DNA of 55,319 nt, filler included, from Platydemus manokwari (GCA_037951405.1; 6 parts of 6 records of this genome joined end to end with filler, not necessarily neighbours in it); one strand, 5' to 3'; positions 40,196 through 54,323 are shown, counted from the whole stretch's first letter. The notes: a model not told the origin generated them from the sequence alone. Made by a program: numbers and translations.

Positions 40196-40300
40196 CAGAA
40201 GTGGCCAACTTTTGTGTACGTAAGATCGACTTTTCATTTGAATAACATCTCACGCGACCAACTAAAATTGGCTTCAAGATCGACCGGTTGGCCACCCCTG
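40196..40300. mobile_element. Short hAT-like MITE (105 bp)
   Basis: Left end CAGAAGTGGCCAAC versus reverse complement of right end CAGGGGTGGCCAAC, a hAT-type TIR. No 8-bp target-site duplication is preserved. Confidence 0.6.
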
Positions 40301-43300
40301 AAATAATACTTGCACAGGATTTTTAAAATCTAATAAAAATGAATTATTTGAAAAACAGGTCAAAGTAGGTCAAAATGCAATTAATTGAAAATTAGCGAGG
40401 ACTTCTTCTTTTACCATTAGAAGCAATCAGAATAATATCTAAGATTTTTAGAGTTATTTTATAAAAAGTGACTTTGAAATTATTGAGAAGTGCTAGGAAC
40501 AAGGTACTTGTGTTCTCTCCCAAAAAAGTATTTTAATATTATTTAATATATTGGATACATAGACCCCAAAACTTGTCGATGCTGTAATGAAATGAAGATT
40601 TGATCCAAATCAAATAAATCGTACAGGTGAAGATGCCACAAATATATAATTTTCGAAATTCAAATAGGGACTTGTTTCAAAATTCAGGCTTGCCTCTTTT
40701 CGACATTGTAAATAAAGAATTTTTGGTGCCCTGGGCTAACACAAAAAATTATATTTACAAAATGATATCCATTATTAAACTAACAACGAATAAATATTGA
40801 CAATTTTTATTAAAATAAAATCAACAATTTAAAAATATTTATTGAGATACAAAATTTGAAGATTCCTAGCCAATGAAGGAATATCTTGGCATAAAAATAT
40901 AATTGAAGGTCTAAATATCGTCGTAGAAGTTGTAAAGGAATGCTTTGAAAGTGCCAAATATAGTAGCGGGCATAGAAGACATGGTTTTTGATTGTTAGTG
41001 TTGATTTTTGGTTTTTAATCTAAATTTGAATTTTATGTAAAAATTTCATTAAAAATGATTACAAATAAATTTTAATATCAAATAACTCACGAAAAGTCAT
41101 TATTTTAAAATTGGGTCAAAGGACCCATTTTCTTAATTTTTCTTAATTTTTTAAAACATTTTAATTTACCGATAATATTAATTAGAAAACCTTATTTTAA
41201 TATTGTTAACTAAAATAAATAAAGTCCAATTTTAGTTTATGTAAAAGAATTGAGTTTTTATACCTAATTTCATAATGATGAATTTTCACTTGTGAATTAA
41301 TTTTATAATTTATATTTTTGGATATTTTTTTAAAATTTTATGTCAACATTTACATTTTCAAAAAAATTCATTATAGATCAAAATTGTAGGAATTAACTGT
41401 TTTTCATTGCTATGATTGTAAATACCTTTAAATGATTAATGTTGCTAATTGATAACCAATGCTTTGAAAGCAACTGTAAGGCATCAAATTTTAAGTTTAT
41501 TGATATCTGGTAAATTTTGATCCTAGAATTCTGACTCATCGTGATACAATATGATCTTTTTCTTATTTTAACATGTTAGTTTTTAGTTAGGTCTAAGTTG
41601 AATTGAGTTCAAGCAAGAATTTTTATAATGACGGACATATTAATCTTGATTTCATTAATAATAATATAAATTACTTGGTATAATAAAATTCCTTTTGAAT
41701 GATTGTAGGTAATCAAAATGAAATAATGCATATTTCTTTAACCGGTTGTGACAAATCAAAATGTTTAATAATTCACCTTGGGACGCTTGTCTAGATATAA
41801 TAGTTTAAGCAAGCATGACTTGTTGATCAAAATTGCTCTTCGTATTTTAACAAATCTGTTGTAGGATTTGGTTGATAAAGTAATTAAAGCACACTGAATT
41901 GAATAGTTTGTAGTAACAATTTTGTAAAAGGTGGCTTTATTTTGCACTTGTTCCTTATGTTCTATTTTCTAATTTATTTTATTATATATAATATTATTGG
42001 AATTTACTAATACTATTTTTATAAATTTTATTGTCATGGTTATTAATTATTGTATTTTTATTATTATGAAGGCTGTACACAACACTTTATTTCGATGACA
42101 TTTTTTACAATTTTGTGAAGATTGATCTACTCATAATATTTATTTGCTAGCACATGTTTTAGAATGTCTAATGAGGACAAATCAGAATTTTTGAACTAAA
42201 TTTGTGTTCTAATTATAGCACTAATTATATCATTGTCACTTTTATGACTATATCATTTTATGAACTTAAATTGTAGCTAATAATTAAATAAATTACATAG
42301 TTTTTTGGAATACACTCAATAAGTTGTAAATGTTATTAAAAAACCATTTTTCTTATCTTCAGTTCCAATTTTAAATATCAATTATTTATTAAGGAATTCA
42401 TTCTTATACTATATTTGTTTTTAAGTATCACTTAATTCTTTCAGAATATCTCATCTAGAATGTTGACTATTTTAGTTTCCGTATAACAAAAATGTTGTTA
42501 ATTTTAAAATTTTAAAAATATTTTTATTAAATATTACAAATTGGAATTGTTTTGTATCAACTTGAAAATATACACAGTAGGAAGAATTAAGTCACGTCTG
42601 TATTCAATTTGAAAATATTGTTATTCAGAATTTCCGTGATTTAAATTCTGAAAATAATGTTGAAAAATTTTTCACATTATTTTATCAAATGCATAATGAG
42701 GATTTCTTTTATATTTATTTTAATAATTTGTTGTTATTTTTTAATAGTTTAGAATTTTAATTTTTAATAATGATATTGTAAAATTTTAATATTATTTTAT
42801 TTTCTAAAATTCTGTAAAATAAATAATAAATTAGTAAAAATAGACTTCTTGATTGTACACTGCATATCCGACTTTGATAATAAACTTAAAAAATTATTTC
42901 TGGTTATAAGAAGGGTATTTTATTAAAATTGGAGCAATGAGTGCATTTAGAAATATACATAATCTGTATGTGGTCAAAAAAGATGGAATGTACAATCATT
43001 ACAATCGACCCAGAATAAGATAGTCCTAGTTTTGCCAGTTTTATAATGTGATTATGTATTCAATTACAAGAGAATTAAAGTTCTTGGAAATTTAAAATTA
43101 AAGCAATACAAGTAGGAAATTTAAAACAAGTCATTAATATTCGAGGATCGAACTAAATTTCCCGATACCGTCAACGAGAACATTTTAATATACCAAAATT
43201 TCAAACGACGTTCGAAACAATCACAAAGAAAAGGGTGGCATATCTGTTTTATACGGATAAGTAGAATAATTGAAATACCGTAGAATGAATCATAAATCAA

Positions 43301-43841
43301 TCAATCAACCTCGCGCAATTTGAAGACACAAAGAAAATAAGGAATGATATACGATGGATGAATACACTGACCCAACTGAAGTCGAAATCTAGGATATATT
43401 TTATAACGAGTTACAAAAGATAATTTATTAGATAAATTATGTTTAAGTGGATTAATATTCAGATCTGTTAAATTTTTATTTATAACCTATTTTTAAAAGT
43501 TATTATACTAAACGTCTCTTTATTGTTTGATGGTTACTTTAGTTTTTAATTAAAATTAATAAATTTTATATGACTTTTAATTACATATAAATTTAATAAT
43601 TTTAACGAAAATAATTAAAATGTATTATCTTGTGATTTAATTATTTAAAATGTATTAATAATGCTTTTCAAAATTTTAAAATAGTTTTTAATTTTATTAA
43701 ATTAACATATTCATCGAATATTTAAAAATTTTAATTATTATATAAGTAAATAAATTAAATTTGCAAAATAGTTTGTTTTAAATTTCACTATTACTGTTTC
43801 AAATAAATTATACCGAACAATTCAATTTGATAAATTATATT

Positions 43842-44537
43842 ATGTCTTGTCTTACTGTTAAACGACCTTTCAACGAAATTGAGGAAGAACCAAAAGTTTT
43901 CAAACGAAACAGACACACTTTCGGTGACACATCCAATAGACTGGAATCATTTTTTAATTCTAAAACCAAATTTAGTTTAGGTATTTCATTTTTATTATCA
44001 ATCGAATGAAATTTTCATTTTGCAAAATTTCAGATGATATAGCTCAATGTGTTGCTCGTGAAACGAAAGTTCTTCACCGAACAAAACAATTGCACACAAC
44101 TAAATCAGGACAATATATTAGCAGATTTCTTAGTAAACCTTGTTTAGGTAAACAATTTGTTATTATTATTTTTTATTATTTACCAATTTCGAAAATATGA
44201 TTTTTAATTGATTATTTGATTTAGCTTCACAAGTTGATGATAATAGTCCCATCTTGACATCGAATCAAGCACAGTTTATTTGCGAATCAATCGTTAAAGA
44301 ACGAGAAAGTATTCTTCGTCAAGAATTTACTTTTATTTTAACCAACAAAATTGCTGGTAAATATAATTCTATTCTTTGTTGGCTTTTAATATTTGATCTC
44401 TAGAACAATATAATAGCTTTATAAAATCCAATCACAACAATCTCAGTAGGAAATTTTCCCAAATCGATATGTCTTGTAAGTTTATTTGGTTATCCAAGTG
44501 ATTGTGTTTAATCATTATATTTTCAGATGTATCGTGA
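43842..44537 (+). CDS. akirin: Akirin, five exons, 155 aa
   Basis: Exons 43842-43980, 44034-44147, 44225-44356, 44404-44475 and 44527-44537, all GT-AG phase 1, total 468 nt. N-terminus MSCLTVKR; C-terminal ICESIVKERESILRQEF...KIAEQYNSFIK...SYVS* are akirin hallmarks. Confidence 0.93.
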
Positions 44538-45956
44538 TGAAGCTGTTGCAATTTTTATTTTTGTTTTATTTTTTGTATTAATAAATTTGTATCAGTTTTA
44601 TATTGAATTTGTTTTAGATAAAAATTTGTTTAGTTCGGCCTAAATATTGTGATACGTTAGCAAAATTTGTATTAGCTTTTTTTTACATTCGTTTATAAAA
44701 AATTCCTTCTTGTTTTAACATTAGATCCATTTAAATTAGGAAGCATTTGAGATAATAACAGAAATATTTACCTTAACAACTTTGCGCTCGAATCTGAAAT
44801 TGGTTGATATTTGTTTTCATCTGGTATATTCGATAAATTTGTTGAATAAAATTTCACATATCGTATTTGATATTATAGCAATTGATAATTTAATATAATC
44901 GATTAAAAATTGATCACCAATCACCTTGGTAACGGCTATAAATAGAAAATTTATATTGTATTCGGCCTAAAATCTTGGTTTTCAAAGCTTGAATTTTAAT
45001 TTGTCCAAATATTTGTTGCCATTATTTGTGTGTACACGGGAAACTTTTCGATATTAAAATTTATTATTTACAAATTATTGAATTCCTAACGAAATCTGAT
45101 TGACACTTAAAAGTAAACAAAACCATCATCAAATATACAAGATGATGTTTATTATTAGCCTCGTGTTCTGTTTTTGGATTTAGGTTGTCATTCGAGACGT
45201 TATGAATTTGAAGTCTATCGTAATCGAATGGTTCTATAGGCTTGAAGAATTCTGAGGCATGAGCACTAGTGCAGCCATATTTATATGTATCGATTATTTA
45301 ACGCATTAAAAGAATAATATCAGAAGCTTGTAAAGCGTATGATGTAGTGCACTTTCGATTGCCAGTAATTTTTTTGAGCATTTTTATGTTGTTTAATTTC
45401 CTCGAAATGAAATGGTTAATCCCTATAGTTACATCATCGTATGTGTGTTTGTGCGAGGCTTATAGTGTGTCATGAGTCGTTATTTTGTCACGAAATTCTT
45501 CTATGCTCATCAAATCCCACTGCTTTTGAAGATTTTATAATTAAAATCTTTCACCTAAATATATCAACATGATAAAAGTATTCACACAATGATATTCCTA
45601 AACATCCTAGTTGGCGTGTTGAAATTCTTGGTTCACAGCATTTATTTCTAATAAGCAGATTTAGGATTAACGAGATTATGTGAACAAGATCATTTTGACA
45701 TAAAGATAATCCCCGCTTCCGGTTGAATCTTCGTCAAGCTATCAATTTACGGAGTTTTCGGAAAAGACGGAGATGTTTTCCTTTTTTAGGACATACTTAG
45801 AGTAAGTGAAATATATGGTTTGTAATGCCGTTTATATGAGATCATTCAATAGTATAAAAGTCATCAAGACGTAATCAGATAAATATATTAGGTGTATAAC
45901 CTTAAAATTTCGGTTTTTTTTGAAAAATATTTATTTATTTAAAGTACATTTTGCAT

Positions 45957-46056
45957 NNNNNNNNNNNNNNNNNNNNNNNNNNNNNNNNNNNNNNNNNNNN
46001 TTAATTAATTAANNNNNNNNNNNNNNNNNNNNNNNNNNNNNNNNNNNNNNNNNNNN
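45957..46056. other. Artificial contig linker
   Basis: N44-TTAATTAATTAA-N44. Confidence 0.95.
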
Positions 46057-46232
46057 TGATTTGCTACAGCACACACACAAGTGTTTACATCTGGTGTCAA
46101 ATTCCGGTTATTAAGTTATAGACCCAATATAATAATAATAATCGTTGCTATTACTTATTTCTACAAAAATCATAATAATTAATTATTATTGATTATATTA
46201 TAATGAGATCTTAAATGATTTTTAACACCAAC

Positions 46233-46700
46233 CTGCAGAATAACTAATGATACCAACTGGTTTGTATTGAAAAGTCGTAAAGGGAACAAAATCGATAATA
46301 TTCATTAATGGTGGTGGAACGGATCGATTATATTCTGCTGTTAGAAATATCAAAGCATCAGATTCCTTAATGGAACTGTTCAGATTTTTCAACCAGTCTG
46401 GTGCATCATTTTCATTGGCATAGAAATGAAGTGGAATATCCAACAGAGGCATCACAATGTCACGTGGATCTGAAATGATTATTGGATTATATCAGATTAT
46501 TCATCAAATTATTGATTTCACCAATAACTTCAATTTGACAATCAAATGACGAAAGAATCGATTTGACTGTCAAACATATTCTGTCTGCTTTTCTGTCGGG
46601 ACGGACCGAACTAAGGATAATTTTCACCAAGAAACTTTTTCTTTGACTAAATGGAATGGAAATATATTATTTACTATATTGTAAAAATAAAATCTTTCAT
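46233..46700 (-). CDS. NADPH-dependent FMN reductase (flavodoxin-like, ChrR/SsuE/Lot6 family), 5' part; 3' exons lost at the contig end
   Basis: Exons 46646-46522 (KIILSSVRPDRKADR...) and 46469-46233 (DPRD...SDALIFLTAEYNRSVPPPLMNIID...YKPVGIISYSAG) contain the family motifs. A tentative first exon at 46700-46675 would need a 28-bp intron. Confidence 0.85.
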
Positions 46701-47253
46701 CAATATTTATCGGTTCGATAATTGAACCAAATAATTCATTAATCATTAACGGAGATCAATGAATCATTTTTCGATCGAAAATTATCTAGTCCCTGTTATT
46801 CCACAAATATCAGATATTTTGATTGTGGCTATTCTACAAGTCAATCATATTAAATTGTCTGGCAATGGGATTAATTTGTTCCATTTTCAGATTTCTCTGT
46901 AGGCCGCAACAAGAAATACAATGCCTAGTTACCAGATGAATTTCAATGTCTGTAACATATGACTAAGAGAGAAAATCAGAGATAAAATTTTAATGGCTTC
47001 CTTACTGAGATCGCAATAAAAATGGGAAATAAAAAACAATCAATACAAATCGATATTATATTTATTTAAAATCAAGGACAAATCAAAAATCAGGAGGTCA
47101 ATTTACCCACCGAATAAAAATTTTGAATTAAAATTTCTTTATAAATATTATTGGACTCACTTTTTTACAAATCGAGAATACATTTTCTGTTTAAGCTTTA
47201 TTTAATGATAAAATTTTCATGAGAATTTTTTATAGGTTTACTATTGGAGAGAT

Positions 47254-47658
47254 TTGTTGCTATTGGGAACAAGTTTAATTTATTGTCAGTTTCTGTCTAA
47301 AAATTCTATTTCAATTGATGCCATCATTTCCTCTTTACATGGAAATGGAGTTCAGCATCGATGTGTGCGAAATATTTATCACGCAAATATGAAAAGAGAT
47401 AATATATTCATTACAAATGCTACATCTCCATTTATTTATAACGCTGCATGGTTTGTGGCTTGTTTTTGTGTGATATTCCTCAATCTAGGATTATTTATAT
47501 TCTATTCTATTCTAACCAATTGGGTTTTCTTTGATACAAATCCAATTTGTCCTGTATTACATTTTTATATGGATATGCTCGATGGTGGCTCGTTAAAGCA
47601 CCACACGAATAGAATATCGATAACAAACCAGATCCATAAATATACTTTTATATATTAA
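47254..47658 (+). CDS. Possible membrane-protein exon or pseudogene, family unknown
   Basis: 134-codon open frame with a hydrophobic stretch AAWFVACFCVIFLNLGLFIFYSILTNWVFF; non-ATG start and no recognisable family motif. Confidence 0.2.
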   Translation: MLLLGTSLIYCQFLSKNSISIDAIISSLHGNGVQHRCVRNIYHANMKRDNIFITNATSPFIYNAAWFVACFCVIFLNLGLFIFYSILTNWVFFDTNPICPVLHFYMDMLDGGSLKHHTNRISITNQIHKYTFIY

Positions 47659-48689
47659 ACGATATCAGAATATTAAACCGAAAACCCATTCAAGAACAGT
47701 AGGGAAATTTTCGCAATTTGTAGCTGGAAGTTTCTTTCACAATCTTGTTTAGGACGGCATCATAAAATATGTTTGATAAAGCTTAATATCCTTTTACTCA
47801 TTAGTTCATTCATAAATCTGACTCGTATTTAACAGATACAAGCTTATTCTTATACTGATAGTCACATTAATCTCATCGCTAGTTAATAATCATAAAGGAT
47901 TATTTGCAACTTATCGATACTGTTACGTTAGCGATTAAAAACATGGCGGCTTTTTAGTGGTCATACACTGAAATCCTTTCTACTCATCAGTGTTGGGATT
48001 ATAAAAGTTTTTAACACAACGTTGGCGTTAATTATAAAATAACTAAATTATAGAGCATATCTATTTTTAGCCACTAATTATTCCAGCCCACTTTGTAAAT
48101 GTCTTCTGCAATAGTTTGGCTAATCCAATAATATAGTATTGATTAAATTTGTTGATGGTGCTGATGTTACGATATGGCTGTACAATTTCATCATTATCTT
48201 ACTTAAGGTGCCAAGGCGTAGGGCAAGGGTGTTAATAAAATTGATTGCTCAAATGACAACAAAATTAATCACTATAATAGAATTATTATAATTACAATGT
48301 ATATTTTGATATGTGATGTTGTAGTGTCCTTAAGGTGTGAAAATTCCAGTGTTGGGAACTGATTCCATTCAATTCGGATAAAAAATGAGGCCAGAGGAGA
48401 AGTAATTTAATGGGAAATAAAATGATCTTTGAGAACCTTGTCTAAGTTTATTGATTAGTAATTCCTCTTCTAACAAATCATTGAGTTAATTAAAACAAAC
48501 AGAATTTACTCGTGATTTCCACATTGTGTCAAGTGTAATTCTGCAATTTAATTCGTGCTTGGATGTTACTTCGATTTCCCACAGTTTCATGTTTATTTCG
48601 TGTTTCTTTAATTTTTGTTTGTTTCTAATTGGTTGTTGCTGTTGTTGTTTATTTACTTTCTTTTCTCAGTGGTCATAATAACTATGTAA

Positions 48690-48703
48690 GTTGTCATGGT
48701 AAC
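48690..48703. promoter_or_regulatory. Strong RFX X-box match
   Basis: GTTGTCATGGTAAC is close to the canonical GTTGCCATGGCAAC palindrome. Confidence 0.45.
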
Positions 48704-49717
48704 TTGCAAATTATCGTGAATGTTTAATATTTATAGCTTTATATCTACAATTTTATAAATTTAATATTACTTTAATGTTGTTTTAATTTTCATATTATTC
48801 TAGTCGTGTACTTGGTGCTTTATTGATTATTTAGGAAAAACAACTCAGCCAAGTGCCTCTTGAGGTATTATTTAGGAATGCTCGCGTTTAACATACTGAA
48901 CTTCACTCCAAATCTCAAATTAATTTAAGCAGAATTTAATCGATTACTACTTGTTGTCATAGATTCAAATGCATTATCTTGTAGAAATGATTTAAATATT
49001 TCAAAAATATTTTTCAAAATAAAATGTGGTAATCCATTGTAACATAAACATGGCATAATGTGGTAATGATAACTGTGAGATATTTCAAATGAATTGAATA
49101 ATTCTATGAATCAAAATTTTAATTCTAATTTAATTCTTATTTAATATGGAATCATATTTGTGTAAAATTAAATTTATTTGTTTTAATAGATTATTGGTGT
49201 CTTGATTTTTTAGTTTGTTTTAATGTGTGGTTTTTAAAATAGTAGCGGCTAATAGTAACAATGGTACAACAATGTGGCATAAACATAAGTAATGTGCTTC
49301 TTTAGGAAATCTTACAATGACACATGGGGAAAAATGATTTTACAATTTCAAGCAGCGTCAATTAGGAACGACTGAAGAGTAATATCAGCCATTCGTGACG
49401 ACATTTGTAAACAATTCTATACAATATAGTCGAATATACAAGGCTTCCATAATGAATGCTTATGTATGGGTTCATGATGTGGTTACATTTTGGCGGATAT
49501 CAAGAGATTTTGATTACAGTAACCATGGTTATCATTACTACAATTATTTTGCTTAAGCACTACGACTTCATAAAATACATTACTGAATAAGAACTTCAAT
49601 TCACAAAAATATATTTAACCAAAATATTCTAAAAAATTATATTGATAATTTATATTTTTAATATCGATATATTTTCTATGCCAATCAATCGTTAATTGAT
49701 TAAAAAATCCAGATATT

Positions 49718-49870
49718 TATTATTATTATTAATATTATTATTATTATTATCATTAATATTATCATTATGACAATAGTAAGCATTATCATTACCATCAGTC
49801 TCATTATTATTATCATTATTATCATTATTATCATTATAATCATTATAATTATTATCATGATTTTATAATT
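49718..49870. repeat. (ATT/ATC)n simple repeat
   Basis: Runs of TTA/TCA triplets. Confidence 0.85.
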
Positions 49871-52800
49871 TAAAGACTATGATATTGTAGATCCTGTACA
49901 AGTGTTATGAGGAAACAATTTCGATAAGACAATGTGCAGACATTATCCGACTCAGAAACAATAAAATCTGAATTCGCGCAAGTGTTCTTCTTTATAAAAA
50001 AAATGCTATTATTGCTTGCTTGACTGGAAATCATAATGACCAATAATATGATAAAATCAATAATGAATACCAAATCCAACAGAGATTAATCTTAATTCTC
50101 TAATAATTCAAGATATTTCATTGTGTCCCGTTGCTTATATATTTAGTTCTTAATCCCAACAGTGTCGCCTAACAACCGAGCACCAGGTACTTATGAATAA
50201 AAAACCCAGGGATAGTAGAGTGTGATTTTAATCTTAAAGGTTTTCAATTAGCGAACGCTTATTAATCTATCGTGAATCTGTTCCATTAATGAAAACAACA
50301 ATTACCATGCGTGAATTGTTTAATCCCTTAGGTGAATACATAATAGCATAGTTGATGCAGGAACAATTACTGTATGTCTGAGCAGGTTATAACGCTTAGA
50401 CTGCAGGAACTTTACTGATGAATAAGGAAAACTTGATTACTAGTAAAATTTATTTCTGAATTTGTGTTTCAGGTGTGTTTTTCAGCTTCTGATATTTCGA
50501 GAACGATTTTCGATTAGTGATTTTGTCTAGTGATTTTATGTTGAATTTTGAGAGTTGAGCTAGTTTTTATAGCTACCCTGTCTTTGTTTCTCAACGCTTT
50601 ACTGGCCGTAACAAAGCCACTGATTTCCCGTTTGTTTCTGTCTGATCTCTTTTACAAAACCTTGGATTGATGACCTCAGTTTCGCTTTGTTTCCCCTTTT
50701 TACCAAGTAAAAGTTGTGTCTTGATTCCTCACGAAATAAAGCTCAGTCAAGATTATTATCCATTGTTAACAAAGTCCAATAAAATTTTTCTAAACTTTCT
50801 AAATGTTATTAAATATGTAATGTTTTGTGGGTTTATGATTTTAGCTGGTCCCACTGAGGGCTTCAATAGCTCGCATGAAGACGATGATATCGGAAATAGA
50901 CTGAATAAAGAAATACTATTAACCGAGGCAACAAGGATTCGCAACATCGCTTGGACACCTGTGAAGCCTATAATATAAACGATATTAAAGATCCCTATCT
51001 AATAACTACGATAACACAGCGAAAAAACAAGTCAAAAAAAACAAAAACAAATCTGCCAAACTGCGCAAGCAAATAACTACGTGATACTCAAAATAGCGGG
51101 TACCGGAAGGAGATTGAGAGAAGATGATACACAAGAGGCAAATTTAGTTAATTAAAATTAATTTAGAAATAATTCTGCAATAAATAGAATCAATCAATAT
51201 GCAGTTACGAATAATAACGGCTCGTAAAATATCACTGACGGTAAATTCGATCGATAACGGCTTTCAGTGATCGCTGTGAACGTGTTTTTTTGAATGTGGT
51301 TAATGCTTATATTTTGTGTTGTTCATATATTATTTTTGATGATGCTATTTCTGTGACTGGAGCCACTTTTATTCTTTCTTGATAAATTTTATTCTTCATA
51401 TTTGTACAGCACAACTACTGTTACTATATTTATTTCCCATTGTTACATTCTTTATTTCTTTGTAAATCAGATAAAATTGAATACTATAGAATATATTTTT
51501 TGTAACTATTTCTATTCCTTTGTTATTCGCTCTAGTTCGTTTTCTTTTTGATCAGATAAAATTGAACTATTTTGTTGGGGAAACCGCAAAAAACAATAAT
51601 CAATTTAATCCAAAAAACTGTAACAATATCTGCAATTCGATAATTTAATTTTATTATTTAAAAAATTTAAATTATTTCAAAATCATTTATTGATTTTAAA
51701 ATAATTCAATTTTAATTTTAAAATTAAATTAATTTTAATTTCAAAATTATTTAATTTAGATTTAAAGCCTCACAGATAGCATTAATTTGAAATAGAGACT
51801 GACAGTTCAATTAAAACCAACATAGTGTTAATATAGGTATAGTTTTCGTAGTAAACATTGATCATTGTTGCCGTTGGACATTGTCATCATACAATATTAA
51901 ACGCGAGGCGAAGAAATAAATAAATAGGCTCAATAGATCGTACCTATTGCTTGATCAGAACCACGTGTGACTGATTAAGATAACAGTGATCAACAACAAT
52001 AGAATATATTTCGAGGCTGATAAGGTTAAGGTTAATAGAAATAAAATTAGCGAGCCCCAAACGCATCAANNNNNNNNNNNNNNNNNNNNNNNNNNNNNNN
52101 NNNNNNNNNNNNNNNNNNNNNNNNNNNNNNNNNNNNNNNNNNNNNNNNNNNNNNNNNNNNNNNNNNNNNNNNNNNNNNNNNNNNNNNNNNNNNNNNNNNN
52201 NNNNNNNNNNNNNNNNNNNNTATTATTTTTGTTATCCGACATAATTTACTGTTCTCATTTCTTAAACTTATCTATGTTACTCTACCGTCCATATATGATT
52301 CTCGCTATTTATTATCACTCAATTATCATTTAACATTGTGTCGCTCTTAATAATCTTTACCTTCCAGTTTAAAATTCAAAAGAGATAAAATATATTTTTT
52401 AAAATGATTGTTAATGATACCATAATTCAGACACTGTCATACATACCAAATATCAAACTAGCAACATCAAATTATTAATGTAACTTTAAACGTCAAAATA
52501 AAAATGAAGCGAATCACTAAATAGAACGTTGTTGTTTTATAGTCAATTAGGGGGGTCAACTGATCGGGATTGATGTCGAAGATATAAGTTGAATATTTAT
52601 TGATTTTTTTGCATTGCATCCGGTTTTGGAGACTGATTTGATGATACATGGTGTGTTGATATGGGTTTGATTTTTGTCGCATTTGTCGGGTTTACTGGGA
52701 ATGTTTGGTGTATTTTATTTGAAGAGATTCGATGATGACGGCTAAAATTTGTTGAAGAATAATGTGGTAGAAGGTTTAGTAGTCGAGATGTTGCTTTGAG

Positions 52801-53666
52801 GCTTTGATCGAACAGTTATTGATTTGATGGTTTGAATATTGATGCATATGAGTTGTTTGGGTGGAGTGTATCCTCAACAATGTTATGCCGTGCGATTCAT
52901 AAGTCTCGATCTCTAAAACTAAAATAAAACAAAACACAATATAATTTATACTCACATATTTATACTCATTGATACTAATTATTATTCGCTAATTAATGTC
53001 CTTTATTTCTTATTTCTTATTAATGAGTTGCATTATTACAATATGACAAAAGCAGCTGGTGATGTTTATAGTTTGCCATGTAATAGTATAACAGAGTAGT
53101 TGGCTATGAAGCTATATTAAAGATCGAGATCTATAACAAATAGACAACGCTCAACGAACGTAAATGTTATTCAAGCTTCAGGAAACCATTCAATTTCTGT
53201 TTGGAGCAAGATAGTGAATATTCTGAACAGTTGCTATAAAATGGGTTTTTATTTATCGTAATTTGTGCTTACCGTTATTGTGTTTTGTTGCACATTAAAG
53301 TAACTCAATACATGTAGTTTGTTCTTACTGTTGTTTAATTTTAGTTTTAGAGACAGGGACGTATGAATCGCACCGTATAATGATTCCTAATCGATTTCAT
53401 TGATTAAATATGAAGGAGCCCAATAATTAGTACAATATAAAATTAATTAGAATGACAAGTCAAAAATAAAGAGGTTAATGATAAAATATAAATTCTAAAA
53501 ATAAAATGTAATATTTCAGGAGTAGAAATTAAAATAGAATAATAACATTTAAATAAAATTATGATTGTGAAAAATAAATATTAAGGAGAAATAATATAAA
53601 ATAATTATTTATTAATTATGGTTTGTTTAAATGTTTCAAAAAACTAAAATAGGAATAATTTCCTGA

Positions 53667-54323
53667 TGTAGGAGGTTATTGATTAAAGTTAGGGAGAGGG
53701 AATTTTGCTGTAAGCAAAGTTCTATATAAATAAGGCAATCAATAGTTGATTGTCGTAGTCATTCGCAGATATTAGCAGAACATTAGCAGAATATTACCAG
53801 AACATTACCAGAAGAAAATAGAAGCAGATATTAGTAACCACTACCAGAGTCGACAATAGGATATTAACGATTAGGATCAGTAAATCATTCAGGAGTATAC
53901 AGTTTATTGAATTTTGTTATTAATCTTTGATTTTGCAGCTTAATATTCGAGGAAATTATTTCCAGAATATTTGAAGAAAATAATAAGCATGAATTGTAGG
54001 ATATTCGAGGGCGTTCTCCCGAATATCGTTTCTAAGGTAAAATAGAGTAGTGCGTCCGTAACTGTTTGTTGTACACTTTTGTATTGTAGTAAAGGCCAGG
54101 AGTAGCTTCTCGGCCGGTAGCTCAATATTGGGAGCGGACAAGTTCCGTGATTTTCTGAACTGAATATAAAGGTTGGACCCTTGATTGTGATTTCTATTGT
54201 GAACTGAATAAAGCTTGTACAGTGTTTTAAAATATGTCTTAGTGTTTAACTACTATATTTTTGGATTCAGATAGATGGGATCTAGCGAGGTTTTGTTGTG
54301 CTCTACAGCAGGTAGACCCAACA
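53667..54323 (+). mobile_element. Candidate solo LTR with an internal 11-bp tandem repeat
   Basis: TGTAGG...CCAACA ends, TATATAAA near 53722, tandem CAGAA[CT]ATTA[GC] units at 53766-53814, AATAAA near 54207, and higher GC than the flanks. No target-site duplication seen. Confidence 0.35.

Noticed and set aside
50350-52920. GC-richer blocks and ORFs (50667, 52467) that look like retroelement UTR, gag or Penelope-like debris
   Set aside because: No catalytic motif or terminal structure could be identified.
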